A stretch of 64,000 nucleotides of DNA from Eledone cirrhosa (GCA_964016885.1 OZ024743.1:191208001-191272000), one strand, 5' to 3'. Numbered from the stretch's first letter, positions 12,801 to 26,762 are shown. Made by a program: numbers and translations. Notes: a model not told the origin generated them from the letters alone.

Positions 12801-15056
12801 AGTAGCCGGGTCCTCGTCTATGAAACATATCTAAGTCAAGTACACAGATCACGAATTTGTGGTCCGTGTAGCTGACTATCTTGAATTGTGGGCAGCCAAT
12901 GCTAGACCTATCTATTTCCCTACAAAATACTCTATCTAGATATTATCTGCATGACCCTATGCGATTTGTCCAAGTCCACATTTGTACATTCGGGAAATCC
13001 ATCCGGTACCTGTCAGACAGTTCAAAACGTCTGAGCAGGTTGGTGAGACTCGTGCACCCTCCTCCCCTATCCACTAATTCCTCACAATCCCAGCGTGCAT
13101 CTAAGATCCCGTTCCAGTCGCCCACTAACACTAAAGAGCGGGACGTTCCAAGAAAGGTCTCCAGACGCCGGAAGAAATCAGGCCGCCCTGCACGTGTCGG
13201 GACATAGACGGCCACTAACCTGAAAGCTTGCCCGTCTCCGCTGGTCACGTCCAGCACCACCAACTTACCTTCTGGGTCCAGGAAGATGGCCTGTATGGCA
13301 AGATCCAAACCTATCCGAAAAAGCACAGCAACTCCTCCCCGAATCCCGGATGGCTGGGAGATGCGTACACATCATAGCCGCCGAAGATCGGTGCGAAGGC
13401 CCGTGCTTCGGAGATTCTGGTCTCGCTGATGGCCACTACATCTATGTTTAGTGACCTGAGGTCGTTGAGCAGGTGGCCCTGCTTCCACGACGACCCCAAT
13501 GTGATAGGCCGGGGAGTGGAAAATCCTCCACAGGCGTTAGTTTTGTTGTGGCGTGGTGGACGGTGTAGGCGCTGGTGCTAGTTCTGAAGCGTTGGGTGGT
13601 GGTGGTGTTGGTTTTGCTACTGTTGCTGGGGTTGTTGCTGTTATAGTTGCTTCTGTTGTTGCTGCTACAGTTGTTGCTGCCATCTCTGCTACTGGTAGTG
13701 TTGATGGTTGAGTCACTGGGGTGGGTAGGAGAGGTGGCCTCAACCTTTTAGCCTGAGGGCAGAAAGCCCTTAGGTGGGTTCCTTCACCACAAACGACACA
13801 CCTAGGCCTTCTGCCCTCGACAATTACGGTGAGGTGGCTGCCATCAGTGAGGTCTATTACCTCTGGGATCTCCTCAATGCTTTTTTGGTCCGCTTGGATC
13901 AGGAGCTCCATCCCAGATCCGGACCAGTTCTCCTGCTTTTCTTTTGCTATTGCTATTATCTTTGTGTTGTCTTCGATGCCGGCGAGGACGGCCGCTATTA
14001 GCCAGGGAATTTCGATGGCCAGTGGAACGTGGGTCACCCTGATCTTTACGAGTCTCTGGCCACAATAGCTTGGGACGTGTGTGAATTCGTCACTTCTTAA
14101 TGGGGCCATGGAGTGTTCTCTAGCCTCCTCTGGTGTTTCAAAGAACACGTCCACGGTTCCATACTTCTGCCCACGTCTGATGTGGGTTTTTCTTACCCAC
14201 ACATGTCCCAAAGATTTTTGGATTTGGGACTCGGATGCCCGTTCCACTCGGCGCGATTTGACATTAATTGTTCTATACCACACGGTGCATAGACGCCGAT
14301 GCTCCATTTTATTAGGTGGAGGGGGGGCTGACCCTGTACCCATCTTTCCTTACCATGTTTTTGGCATTTTCTAATTCCTCCTGAGTTACCGTAAATGCTT
14401 CGCACTGTTTTGCTACTCTGGCAAAACTCAGTTTGTTTTTTTAATGTCATTGTTGCTGTTGTTGTTATCGTTATTTTTGTTATTATTAATTTTAGTTTCA
14501 GTTGTGGTGGTGGTGACGTCAGTGGTGTTCGGTTTGGATGACTCCATTTTGGTTGAAAACATTTCGACATCACGAGTTGATTTATTTTTTCCTTTTGTTT
14601 CTGTTGTCTCGGTGGTGGTGGAGATGGGGATTGTCGCGGTGGTGGTGGTGGTGGCGGCTTTAACACCTGCAGTCATTGGTAATGGCGGGAAATTAATGTC
14701 TGCCTGAGACAAATTTAAAATATTGCTATTGCTTATATTTTTTTTCGTGTTGGCTAACGTAGTAACATTTACAATGGTGGTGTCGGTGTGAGGTGTTAAT
14801 TTGTGAGGAAGGCTTTCAGCTGCTTGATGCAGAGGTGAATTAGCCATTTTTTTTCAAAGAAACTTTTTGATAATCATAAAAGTTTAAATTTTGGGCAGAA
14901 GGCCCCAATCTGTTTGGGTGTCCTTTTCGGAAAACAATGTATGTGCGCTTATATATAGTTAACAATAAAAATTTTCCATAAATGGCAATTTTTAACAAAC
15001 GGAAATGACAAACCTTTGCGGAGCTCACGATGATACGATTTACTACGTAGGTCACC
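9900..15056 (-). mobile_element. Tx1-clade retrotransposon, copy 2 (ORF1 type B; deletion across ORF1 end/ORF2 start near 13500)
   Basis: ORF2 fragments 10150-13499 highly similar to copy 1; bounded by (AAT)n at 9879-9899 and 15057-15074. Confidence 0.9.
13537..14847 (-). pseudogene. ORF1 type B, frameshifted
   Basis: CVVCGEGTHLRAFC knuckle; CTVWYRTINVKSRRVERASESQIQKSLG aligns to type A CTVTYRTVSTKSRRVERATEAQIQKALG. Confidence 0.8.
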
Positions 15057-15074
15057 AATAATAATAATAATAAT

Positions 15075-18000
15075 GATTTCTTTATTAACCACAAGGGTTT
15101 ACATAAAGTAGACATTAAGGACAGTACAGGACAATACAGAGCGGTACAAATGGGCATTTCTGCGTGTAAAAAAACAAGAAACAGAGGAGGTAATAATAGA
15201 ACAATGAAAAGATTCCCCAATAGGGGGGAGACTTCCGAGGGACATTGGTGGAGAAAGCCCATTAAAAAGCCACAGTGACCCTGACCACCAGGGCAAGTGC
15301 CCTCTCCCAGTTTTCCACCTTTAATTTACAGACACATACTCAGAGTAGGCCCATTCACTCGAGCCATTCTTGCCTCTCTCACCCATCTTTCAACAAAATG
15401 GCTGGGAAGAGAGCACTTCCCTTTCTACCCGGATTTTCCTTTTAAAATGAAATTTGAAAAAGTAAATCAGGGCATCACCGAAGAGGTAAGTGCTGGTCTT
15501 CAGCCCTTTCAAACGGGTCCACCATACTATCTCTTTTGCCATGGCCACCAGACAGATAAAAACTGCCTGCCCTTCCCGGCTGAAGGAAGAGGGCGGGGCA
15601 ATCCTCACGATGGACTCAGCTGATAGCTGGATCTGTCCCACACACGACAGCAGGTGTTCGACATAAACCCACAAGTCAGCAATTTTCGGACACTGGACGA
15701 GTGCGTGCAGGACGGTATCGTCGCCCTGCGCGCATCTCGGACATGCCCGGCTGACGGCACCTCCATGCCTGTAGAGTTTATCCCGAACTGGCAAAGCTCC
15801 TCTGTAGCACTGCCAGGCCAGGGATTTCTGTAAGTTGTCCATAGGCCCCGGCCCGAAAGTTCTTCCGAAGAGATTGGCTAGTTGATTTTCGTCGACGCCT
15901 AGAGTTTCCCCAAGTACGTCGTCGCTCTTCCCCTCCACTAATCCTCTATAGAATGCCGAGGTGGAGTTTCCACCGATCACATTGCCCGATTGGTTGATGG
16001 CTGTGAGCGCCTGAAGACATTCCAGTCTCCAAGCGCCCCCTCTCGGTCTTCCCTTGACCCAGGACTGCAGTTCCATCAAGGAGATGAGCTGGGGAAAGAC
16101 GTGTCTAGCAAACGGAGACCACACCTGATCACCGTCGAGGAAGAGGTGGAGATGTCGTAGCCTGAGTGCGTGTCTGCGCATCATCAGCTACGGCATGCCC
16201 AGCCCTCCACGTAGCGGGTGTTGACAGCAGATGGACCGTCTGACCATCGGAGCGCGTCCTTCCACTAAAAGCGAAAGAGCAAATACTCCAGCGCAGTCAG
16301 GTGGGGCTTAGGACAAGGTACGACGGTCAGGCGGTAGTAGATGACGGACGCGTTAGCCACCTCCGCACGACCTTTCAGGGATAGCTTCCTCTCGGCCCAT
16401 TTCTGGGTGAGAGAAGCCACCCTGCTCGTCACCTCATCCCAGATTTTGTCCGTCTGGAGATCTGGACCGAACCAGACCCCGAGCAATTTAACTGGTCCGT
16501 CCATCCAGCGCCCGACGACACTGTTGGACGGCATAGACCTGCCTCTCCAGGTGCCGAGCTGCAGACCCACTGACTTTTCCTGGTTGATCATTGCTCCTGT
16601 CACCGCTTCGTATTCTCTTAGTGTAGTGCCGATTGCCTCGATGTGTTTGGCGTTCGACACCACTACGGTGACATCGTCCGCATATGCTGACACGGTTGAG
16701 CGAACAGTTGAGAGAAGTGTCGCTGAAAAGCTTCACACATTTGCCCAGGATCGAGTAACATGCGCCCGTCGTGGTCCACCGAAGACCGGATCGTGGCTTT
16801 GTTGCCACGACGCGCCTCCGCCACTCGGGCCCATCAAAAGCTTTCGTCCCCTCGTGTCTGAGGGCACGCACCCTAGCTCTGACAACGCAGCCTTCGTCCT
16901 TTGCATTGAAGAATTGGTCAAGGGCCAATTTCGCCGCAAGTACGTCGGTCGCGATGCCTTTGCTAAGCGCCTCGTCTAATTTTCTAACTAATTCTCCCTC
17001 TGCTCTATTTTTCTCTATTGTTAAAGCCTTACTAAACCTAATGGACTCTATTATAATTGCTCTTTTCAGAGCAAACCACCACTTGTTGTTGACGATGGCC
17101 CCCGTCAACGCCCGCTTAACTAGTTCGATAATCCGGTCTCTGTAGGCCTTGCGCGCTGGTAAGGACGCGTTTAGCTTCCAGTAGCCGGCTCCTCGTCTAT
17201 GAAGCCTATCTAAGTCAAGTACACAGATCACGAATTTGTGGTCCGTGTAGCTGACTATCTTGAATTGTGGACAGCCTATGCTAGACCTATCTATTTCTCT
17301 ACAAAATACTCTATCTAGATATGATCTGGATGACCCTATGCGATTTGTCCAAGTCCACATTGGCACATTCGGGAAATCCAATCGGTACCTGTCAGACAGT
17401 TCAAAACGCCTGAGCAGGTTGGTGAGGCTCTTGCACCCTCCTCCCCTATCCGCTAATCACACACAGTCCCAGCGTGCATCTAAGATCCCGTTCTAGTCGC
17501 CCACTAACACTAAAGAGCGGGACGTTCCAAGAAAGGTTTTCCAGACGCCGGAAGAAATCAGGCCGCCCTGCTCCTGTCAGGGCATAGACGGCCACTAGCC
17601 TGAAAGCTTTCCCGTCTCCGCTGGTCACGTCTAGCACCACCAACTTACCTTCTGGGTCCAGGAAGATGGCCCGTATGGCGAGATCCAAACCTCTCCGGAA
17701 AAGCACAGCAACTCCTCCCCCCGATCCTGGACGGCTGGGAGATGCGTACACATTGTAGCCGCCGAAGATCGATGCGAAGGCCCGTACTTCGGAGATTCTG
17801 GTCTCGCTGATGGTCACTACATCTATGTTTAGTGACCTGAGGTCGTTGAACAGGTGGCCCTGCTTCCATGACGACCTCAAGCCACGCGCATTTATGCTGC
17901 CTATTCTGAGTGAGGTGATGTTGAAATGGAGTGGAAAAGATGGGAAAGACAACTTACCTTACTTCTCGTAGAGGAAGGATGGTTTGTCCATCTTTTTCAC

Positions 18001-19372
18001 TGCATGTGGCCTCCTCCGAAAAGATGTCCTTATAAATCCTCCTGGAGAGTGTTTGTCGGAAGTCTCCGATGTCTTTGGGGAATTTTTGTTTCAGTGTCGT
18101 GTACGTTTTCTATGTGATGCGAGTGATTTGTATGTGTGGAGGTGGTGTGAACCTTTAGGTTGTTGTGTAGTCTTTTTCTGTGATGCTGGTATTGTGTTGC
18201 ATGTAGTGTAATAATGGGTTGTTGTTCAAATTTAATGTTGTGTAGTATGTATCGTTTTGGTTGTTTTGTTTTGTTTGCGTTTTTTGTGGGTTTGTTTCTT
18301 TTACGCTTTTTGGTGACTTTTGTGGTGTTGGTGCTGGTGGTGTTGGGGTTAATGATGGTGATGGTGTTGGTGTTTGTGGTGATGGGGTTGGTGAGGTTGG
18401 TGTGGATGGTGGCATATCTGTCTTAACTTTCTTGTTCGATAATTTATTTGTTTCCCTCTGTATTTTGTTTTTTGAGGGGGAAGGAAGAGAATTTTTTCTT
18501 TTTTGGTTTCTTTTTTTTTTCTTTTTTCCTGATACCGTTTCACACTCCTAGTCGTCACAATCTGTCTCCAGTTGCGATAAGCCGGGTAGTGGAAAATCCT
18601 CCACAGGCGTTGGTTTTGGTTGTGGCGTGGTGGATGGTGTAGGCGCTGATGCTAGTTCTGGGGCGTTGGGTGGTGGTGGTGTTGGTTTTGCTACTGTTGC
18701 TGGGGTTGTTTCTGCTACAGTTGCTTCTGTTGTTGCTGCTACAGTTGTTGCTGCTATTTCTGCTGCTGGTGGTGTTGATGGTTGAGTCACTGGGGTGGGT
18801 AAGAGAGGTGGCCTCAACCTTTTAGCCTGAGGGCAGAAAGCCCTTAGGTGGGTTCCTTCACCACAAACGACACACCTAGGTCTTCTGCCCTCGACGATTA
18901 CGGTGAGGTGGCTGCCGTCAGTGAGGTCTATTACCTCTGGGATCTCCCCAATGCTTTTATGGTCCGCTTGGATCAGGAGTTCCATCCATTACCATGCAGT
19001 CATTGGTAATGGCGGGAAATGAACGTCTGCCAGATACAAATTTAAAATATTGCTACTGCTTACAATTCCAGTGTTGGCAAACGTAGCAATGTTTACAATG
19101 GTGGTGTTGGTGTGAGGTGTTGGATTGTGAGGAAGGAGTAAATCTGAGTTATCCATTATTTTTCAAAGAAAAAATTTTTGTTTGATAATTATAAAAAGTT
19201 TAAATTTGGGGCTCAAGGCCCCAATATTTTTGAGTGTCCTTTTCAGAAATCAATGTATGTACACTTATATATAGTTAACAATAAATATTTTCCATAAATG
19301 GCAATTTTAAATAACTGAAAATAACAAACCTTTGCGGAGCTCACGATGATACGATTTACTCCGTAGGTGGCC
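15075..19372 (-). mobile_element. Tx1-clade retrotransposon, copy 3 (ORF1 type B; internal deletions in RT near 16700 and in ORF1 near 18990)
   Basis: Same 3' UTR as copies 1 and 2, same 5' UTR as copy 2; ORF2 jumps from QRHF.. directly to SAYADD; (AAT)n at 19373-19386. Confidence 0.9.
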
Positions 19373-19386
19373 AATAATAATAATAA

Positions 19387-20430
19387 CTTCTTTTGGCCCC
19401 AAGGGCCGACACATATGGGACAATACAGTTGTCAGTGACTGTGGGGGTTTACAATAAAATCGAGTAAAAACAAATTAACAAATAACAATAAACAAAAGAG
19501 TTACAACAATGAATGTTCCACAATAGTGGAGAGGACCACCCATAGCAGACTCCGGAACCCCCACCACTCCTGAAGTAACCCACACTCCATAACACTGTAG
19601 GAGGATGCCCTTCTCCTCTTCAAATCTGCCAGCCTACAGGCGCATAGTCAGTGTACACACGGGCTATCCTCGCAACATTCACTCACCTTTTAGCAAATGT
19701 ATTGGGATGGCACCACTTCCCTCTCCACCCTCACCTTCCTTTCTAAGTGAAACTTGGAAAAGTTGACGAAGGATTGGCCGACGAGAAAAGTGTCTGTCTT
19801 CAGTCCTTTCAGCCTGGTCCACCACATAGCCTCTTTCGCTACTGACATGAGGCAGACGTAAACTGCCTGACTTTCCGACCAAAAGAAGACGGTGGGGCAA
19901 TCTTCACGTTGAAATCTATCGATAGCCCGATCCTTCCCACACGCGATAACAGCTGTTCGGCATAACTCCACAAGTCAGTAATGCACGGACACTGAACGAA
20001 TGCGTGCAGAACGCTTTCGTCGCTGTGCGTGCATTTCGGACAGGTCCGTTTGGCCACACTTCCGTGAGTGTGAAATTTATTTCGAACATGCAGTGCCTAC
20101 CAGCATCACGGCCAAACTAGGGATTTCTAGAAGTTATGCAAAGTCCCCGGCTCGAAAGTCCTCCAGGACAGACAGGTCAGTTCGATTTCGTCAACATCCA
20201 GAGCCACTCCAAGAAAGTTGTCGCGCTTGCCCACCTCTAATCCTCTGAAGAACTCTAGAGTGAAATTCCCACTCACCGCATTGCCCACTAGGTAGAGGGT
20301 AGTGAGCACCTGGAAACATTCCGGAGAAGAGTTGAGGAAAGGTCTCTCACAAACTGTGACCACACCTGTTCACCGTTTAAGAATATTTGAAGATGCCATA
20401 ACCTCAGCACATGTTTGCACATCACCAAAC
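19387..20430 (-). mobile_element. 5'-truncated, decayed copy of a related but diverged Tx1 family
   Basis: CPKCTHSDESVLHAFVQC and VAKEAMWWTRLKGLKT homologous to ORF2 C-terminus; 3' end abuts (AAT)n. Confidence 0.8.
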
Positions 20431-22008
20431 CTCAAGATTTGAGATGGTGAGATGCGAACAGGGGCAAGATTTGACAGTCCGGTGGTAATACATGACGGTC
20501 GTTTGTGCTTCTATTTTTAACTGCATATAATCTGTTATATATACACTAAATCATGATCTAAACATTTAATCTACTTATTTATTCGAAAAAGAGTCTGTGG
20601 AGTTTTCACGCATTTTATGTATGTCTTACAGTATACTAGTGACTAAATTTGTCAATTCATAATTTGGAATATGAACGAATTTCCATACATGACAATTAAT
20701 GTTCTTTTCTCTTGACTTATTCAAAATTAAAATGCAGAAGAATGAAATGCTGGTGACATGAAATTATATTCATAATTATATCACGAGGAATCCCAATAGT
20801 CACGAGGAAAAATAAACAGAAAAACGTTTCAGATTAAATCAAAATCATACAGACTGAAGAAAATAGTTCGTTACTGAACAGTTGGCAAAAGTTTACATTG
20901 ATTAAAATTTGGAGTTAAATACAACTACACGTTAGATACTTGAAATGAATACATGAAATTTACAAAGTTGTTGGCAGCAAATATTCTTGAAATTCTTCCA
21001 AACTTTACCAGTCCTTTATCGCAGGAATAAGGGATAAATAGAGGAAGATTGTTAGGAAACGAATATAAGTTTCATTTATGAATATGGTATTTGAGTAAAT
21101 AAGAGACCCTACTTGACTGAACGTAAAGTTATTTGATCTTTCAAAAGTCACATTTTAGTGCTGCTAATAATGATATGATTAATCGAAACCAATCGTTTGG
21201 TATTGTGCCAGTATATATTATTCATTAGGTTTATTAAGTTAATTGCTTTCCTCCACTGTTAATTTACAAAAGTAAAAAAGAAACTTTGAACATGTCTTTA
21301 TTATCTTCCAATTTATGTAAACGTGATTTCGACAGACATAGTAGATAATTTTGAGATTTATTATAAACATTTATAAATATACAAATTTATAGTTTCTAGA
21401 CTGGGTAAGAGAATCGTAAAAATCGTTGGTTTTGTTGGTTTTGTTTCCAAACTAAAATTTATCACAAGCAATGTACTTATCACGTCCCCGCCCCAAAGCT
21501 ACGCATCGATTGGCAAACGTTTTGTAGCTTAACTGACAACAATGTTTGTATTTGTTTTCGTTTCTTTTCTGTTTTTTTTTTTGTCAGCAACTTCTTCAAC
21601 TAAATCTTATTTAAATGAGATCAACTAGATTACATAAAATAACACAGGCATCATTTTGTTACGCTGCACCATTACTATACTACAAACTTTACTACATTAT
21701 CACCCTGTTATGAGCGGGAGCCCAGGTTAATCTGTCTTTCATCCTTACGTATTCGATAAATAATGTACCAGTAACGCACTGGGGTCGATTTGATCGATTC
21801 CCCTCCCCCGAAATTGTTGGCTTTCTGCCTTAATCAGGAAACCAATATTTTTACTAAATCCCTCACTATCAAAACAGTGAAAGATAATGCATGTCTCAAT
21901 GGGTTTGTTGAATAAAATGCAGAAGGCTCATGCAAATTCATTTGTTAAGAATATATTACCACTATTGGATTCTACATAGTATTGCTTCCTTGTTATAGAA
22001 CCACATAT

Positions 22009-23700
22009 TCTTCTTTTTCTTCTTTTTTTCTTCTTCTTCTTTTTCTTCTTCTTTTTCTTCTTCTTTTTCTTCTTCTTTTTCTTCTTCTTCTCCCACTTAT
22101 TCCTGAGAGGGTTGTGGGGAAAAAGTCCTCAAATACTCCTTCATGCTGGTCAGGTAAGAAGCTACCGTTTCCATCTGATCCGGCTGAATCTTCAAGCGAG
22201 ACCAGCCAAGCTCATGGATTTTATCAAACCATTTTGTTTGGGGTCTACCCCTGTGACTCCTGTCGGTTGGTTTCGCCCGTAAAATCTGTCCAGCGGTTCT
22301 TTCCTGAGACATTCTAACCACATGGCCGTAGTATCGGAACTGTTATCTCTCAATTCAAAGTTTCGGCTCTACCTGGAGCGACTCTTTGATCTCCGAGTTA
22401 CGCATTCTGTCGAGTAATGGTATTCAAAAAACCCATAGTAGAAACCCCATTTCAGCCGCTTGTATTCGCAAGCGTATTCGTTTGGTTATTACGAAAAGTA
22501 AGGGTTGGCACGAATACTGAATAGAAAATAGCGAGTTTGGCTTTTCCACCTACCACCCTTCTGAATATTAAGTACTGAAGCTGCCGCATTACTGCACCAG
22601 ACCCAACAGTCTTTGCACATAATTCAGTCTCGTGTCTTCTATACTCATGAATACGGCCACGAGATACTTGAACCTCTGCCCCTGCTTCCACGGAACTCCA
22701 TTCACATGTGGAGTGCATTGCCAGGCTTCCTTGAGAGGACGATTGTCTCAGTTTTCGTAGCACTGATTTCTATTTCAGCCATGCAGCACTTGATGTCAAT
22801 CTTGTTCATGAAAATAATTGTTTCTACTTTTTGGCACAAAGCCAGCAATTACCAGTGTATTACTGGTAATTTATTTTATCAACCCCGTAAGAATGAAAGA
22901 CAAAGTTAACTTCAGCGGCATTTGAACTCAGAATGGCAAGGGCCGTAACTCTATGCGTCAAAGCATGGCGTCCGACCCTCTACAGATACTGCCAATCCAC
23001 CGCCTGTTCATGAAAATAATGTACAGTAGAGGTGACAATATACACTCCTGGCAGAATCCGACACCCAAATTGAATGCTTTCGATTTAGCACCATTTATCC
23101 GAACACAATATGCCGTTTTGAGATCTACAAAGAAATACATCTCTCGGCAGTATTTCACTATTTCTGAAAAACCTGACAAAGTGTCCACTCCGTTTCACCA
23201 TCTTCAGTTTGCTCAATTATCTGAATTTGGATGCAATAGTATCTGCATACCTGGTCCTAGCTTTCGTATCCACTAACGCTTCCAACTTTATTCTGTAGAT
23301 CGACCTGGATCTGCCCTGTTTGTGGACTTATTTGGCTTTAGGTAGTCTCAAGTTGCTGATAACTAGATGGAGATCAGTTGACAGCTCAGCCCTTCCCTTA
23401 ATACGAACATCCAGAACGTTATTACCCTGTATATTTATGGATGTCCCTGTGCTGGAAGAAGTTGTTCATAATAGAGAGTTCATTGCAATAGCAGAAAACT
23501 AATGAGGCTTATCTATTCGTATTTATATCGGGATCGCTGTTCCATCCAATCACTCCTTTCCATGTCAGGTGGTCTGTGCCAACATGTGTATTGAAGTCTC
23601 TCATTAAAATACATGACTCAGTCTCAATTATATCTAATGCTGCAATGAATAGTTCAAGCATTCTGACTGTGAGTATCTGGAGCCATGTGAGTATGTGAAC
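22009..23700 (-). mobile_element. Decayed RTE-clade LINE with (GAA)-rich tail, interrupted by a SINE at approx. 22812-23004
   Basis: DFNTHVG..WKGVIG (APE), GVGFCQECILSPLLYIIFM (RT), RGRPQTKWFDKI (RTE C-terminus), (TTC)-rich tract 22009-22090. Confidence 0.75.
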
Positions 23701-24264
23701 TCCCGCCTGTGCAGTCATTTCTGTATCTCAGTGTCTAACCCACTGTTTTCTATCAGCTCTTGGAGAGGCTGGTACCTGTCTAAGAAGCTTATCCGAAAAG
23801 CTGCGTGGGTGTCTTTATTCTTGAGCAATACAACGTTTTATCTTGTTCATGTGTGGCCTATATAGGTGGAACGTTTGAGCCGAGTCTCACTTATATCAGA
23901 AGAAGGTAGTGATCTGATGGCATGTTGGCGCCTCTCATCACTCGTACATACTGCCATGATCCCCTGAACCTTCAGCTGATACAGATGCGATCAATCTGGT
24001 TCGCCTTGATATGGTCCGGGAATCTCTACGTGGCTTTGTGGTGGATGTGTTAGTGCGGGAGGATGCTTCATCCTATCACCAGTTTGTTCAGGGCGCACAG
24101 ATCAGCAAAGCGTTCACCATTCTCGTTCAGCTGCCAAAGTCCATGTGTCCTCATGATGTCCTTATAGCCTCTGTTGTCCCGTCCTTGGTTCCTCCTTTGT
24201 CTATCACTGTTTTCAGCTTATGGTGAAAATCATCTTTCTTCCCTTCTTCCGCGTCCTTGGCGGG

Positions 24265-24268
<4 letters not shown>
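23700..24268 (-). mobile_element. Second decayed RTE-like LINE fragment
   Basis: APAKDAEEGKKDDFHHKLKTVIDK resembles the APE YAP motif region. Confidence 0.5.
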
Positions 24269-24345
<77 letters not shown>

Positions 24346-24349
<4 letters not shown>

Positions 24350-24770
24350 AAATGAAAATCCGAAGGCAAGGTAAAATTCCAATCCTTTAATCACGACACA
24401 TGTTTGAATAAGAGACAGATCGATTGTGAAGCCATGATCGATTATCACTGATCTCATCAGGTGAAAATGAATTCTCTTCAAATTCTTGATATGAGGGTGA
24501 AAAAAATAATGATGTTCTCTCACATAATTCATTCCCTCATATTCATTTTCACCTGATGAGATCAGTGATAATCGATTATGGCTTCACAATCGATCTGTCT
24601 CTTATTGAAACATGTGTGGTGATTAAATTATTGGAATTTTACCTTGCCTTCGGATTTTCATTTTGATACTTATACTCCGTTTTACATCATCTAGCTGTTC
24701 CCTTGAATTGAATTGGAGATATACAAAAGCGTGGAGAACTTAATATTGCTAACATAAATTTATTGGACCT
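24346..24770 (+). mobile_element. Fold-back PLE-type insert, family A (arms approx. 24346-24472 and 24541-24668, then tail)
   Basis: Inverted repeat starting at a (TA)n tract; homologous to 51720-53134; contains HHR motif. Confidence 0.7.
24549..24622 (+). ncRNA. Type I hammerhead ribozyme motif, family A (cleavage triplet mutated in this arm)
   Basis: tcac-CTGATGA-long stem II-GAAA-catgtg-TG-gtga; opposite arm keeps GTC but has CAAA. Confidence 0.55.
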
Positions 24771-25759
24771 TACTATATAATAATATTAATATTTCTAACA
24801 TAAAGTTATTGGACCAGTTTACACAACCAATAATGCACCTTACTATATAACAACTATATATCAACCTCATTAGTGCTATCGTTGCTCTGGTATATATATT
24901 GTGTGTTAGTTTAGCCTACCACAATGTTCGATTTGTCAAGCTTTTTAAACGTATGTTATTACTCTAAGGACCTATCTTATCGAGTGCTTTGCTAACTCAT
25001 CATTTCATATAAGTAGGCCTAATTCACTTGCAAACCGCCAGAGATTCGATTTTACTGATTTCCAATTATATATATATGCAAAATTTTTATTTAAAATTGT
25101 TGGGTTACAACGAGTAAATATTTTATAACTGATATAAAAGCACTCAACAGGTTTTGGAGTATTTTACGATATTAAACAAATGGAAACTACATTTATAAAA
25201 CCATATTTATTTCATTATATATATTTCAGGGATATCACATTAAAAATAACATTAAAAATATGGTATGCCCTCCTCAGACAAAATACAATATATAAACAGT
25301 TTTATAAATAAATTTGACATACCTTAAGATTTTACAACTTCCATTTAAAAAGTTGTTAGGGTAGTGAAAATGTTAGGGACAGTTAGAAAGAAAGACTGAG
25401 AAAAAAGAAAAAAAAGAAAAAAAGAAAAAGAAGGAAAAAAGAAAAAGAAAGAGCGGAAGGTGAAGAAGATGAAGAAATGTATGTAAAGAGAAAAACACCA
25501 AATGAGAGATTTATGAGGGAATGGGGTACTGTAATTATTTATTTATTTATTTATTTATTTAGTGTTAAGGATACAGGGAGAAATAAAAACAAAAATAAAT
25601 AAGGAGAGGTAGATCGAGTAATATCTATTATACGAGGTGGGAGAGATAGGGGAGGGGTGAGATACAGGAGATAGAGTTAAAACAGCCGATATATATATAT
25701 ATATATATATATGATCCCACCACATATATAAAAAAAAAAATATATATATATATATTATT

Positions 25760-25880
25760 GCCGAGGTTAACTTTGCCTTTCATCCTTACGGGGTCGATAA
25801 AATAAAGTACCAGTAATACCCTGGAATAATTGGTGGCCTTGTGCCAAAAGTAGAAACAATTATTATTATTATTATTACTA
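25760..25880 (+). mobile_element. Partial SINE (core and tail)
   Basis: gccgaggttaactttgcctttcatccttacggggtcgataaaataaagtaccag...ccttgtgccaaaagtagaaac(ATT)n. Confidence 0.8.
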
Positions 25881-25916
25881 TTAAAATATATATATATATA
25901 TATGTGTGTATATATA

Positions 25917-25971
<55 letters not shown>

Positions 25972-26762
25972 GTGAGTGTGTGTGTGTGTGTGTGTAAGAA
26001 CAAATACTAATGTTCATTGTTAAAATTGTTTACAGATGTCATATATGAAAAGTGATACTGAGAAATAAAGAGAATGTGAAAAGCATGAATGTTTATATAC
26101 ATTACAAGTCATTAAATGCGACGAGCTTTCAAAACAGTTTCCGTCTACACAATTTTCGCATAGATTTTTGGTCGAACTAAGACTCTAGTAAAACTTACTT
26201 GCACACGACGCAACTGTATGACATCTGCGCTAGTGAATTTCATCATAATTTCGTTACGATCAAATTACCAAAATGTTGAATGATTTTAATTTAAGTAGCC
26301 AATTTTGCCAAACAGTCTGCCACACTGGTTTCTCTGCGTATTGATTTTAAAATATACGTATAGGAAAAGGTTCTTAATTCTTGATAGTGTCGTAGTAGTG
26401 CTGTCCTGTCACACACAGGAGGTATCTTGGGCGGTTTAAATCTGGCGGAATCCATCTCTTTCCAGATCAGAGAACAGTGGATTTCTATCCGGAAATTAAA
26501 CAGAAAGTGAGAAAGTATTAAAGATACACAGAGGAAGAACCGACATAAGTATTGGACTGGCACCTTAATTATCTACCACGAAAAGAGAGGAGAAGCAAAT
26601 TTTGCATAGGTGGGGTTTGAACTGAAAGTTTATTCAACCCGAACAAATACCTATATATTTAACCCATTCGCCGTCTTCAGACACATACTTTAATTCAATA
26701 AGGTACTAGTTCAATTGGTTGAAATCATTCCTACTAATACATATATTTATTTTTGTTGTTTA

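Noticed and set aside
5268-18642. Plus-strand ORFs overlapping the Tx1 copies
   Set aside because: Antisense shadows of GC-rich ORF1/ORF2 with no recognisable domains
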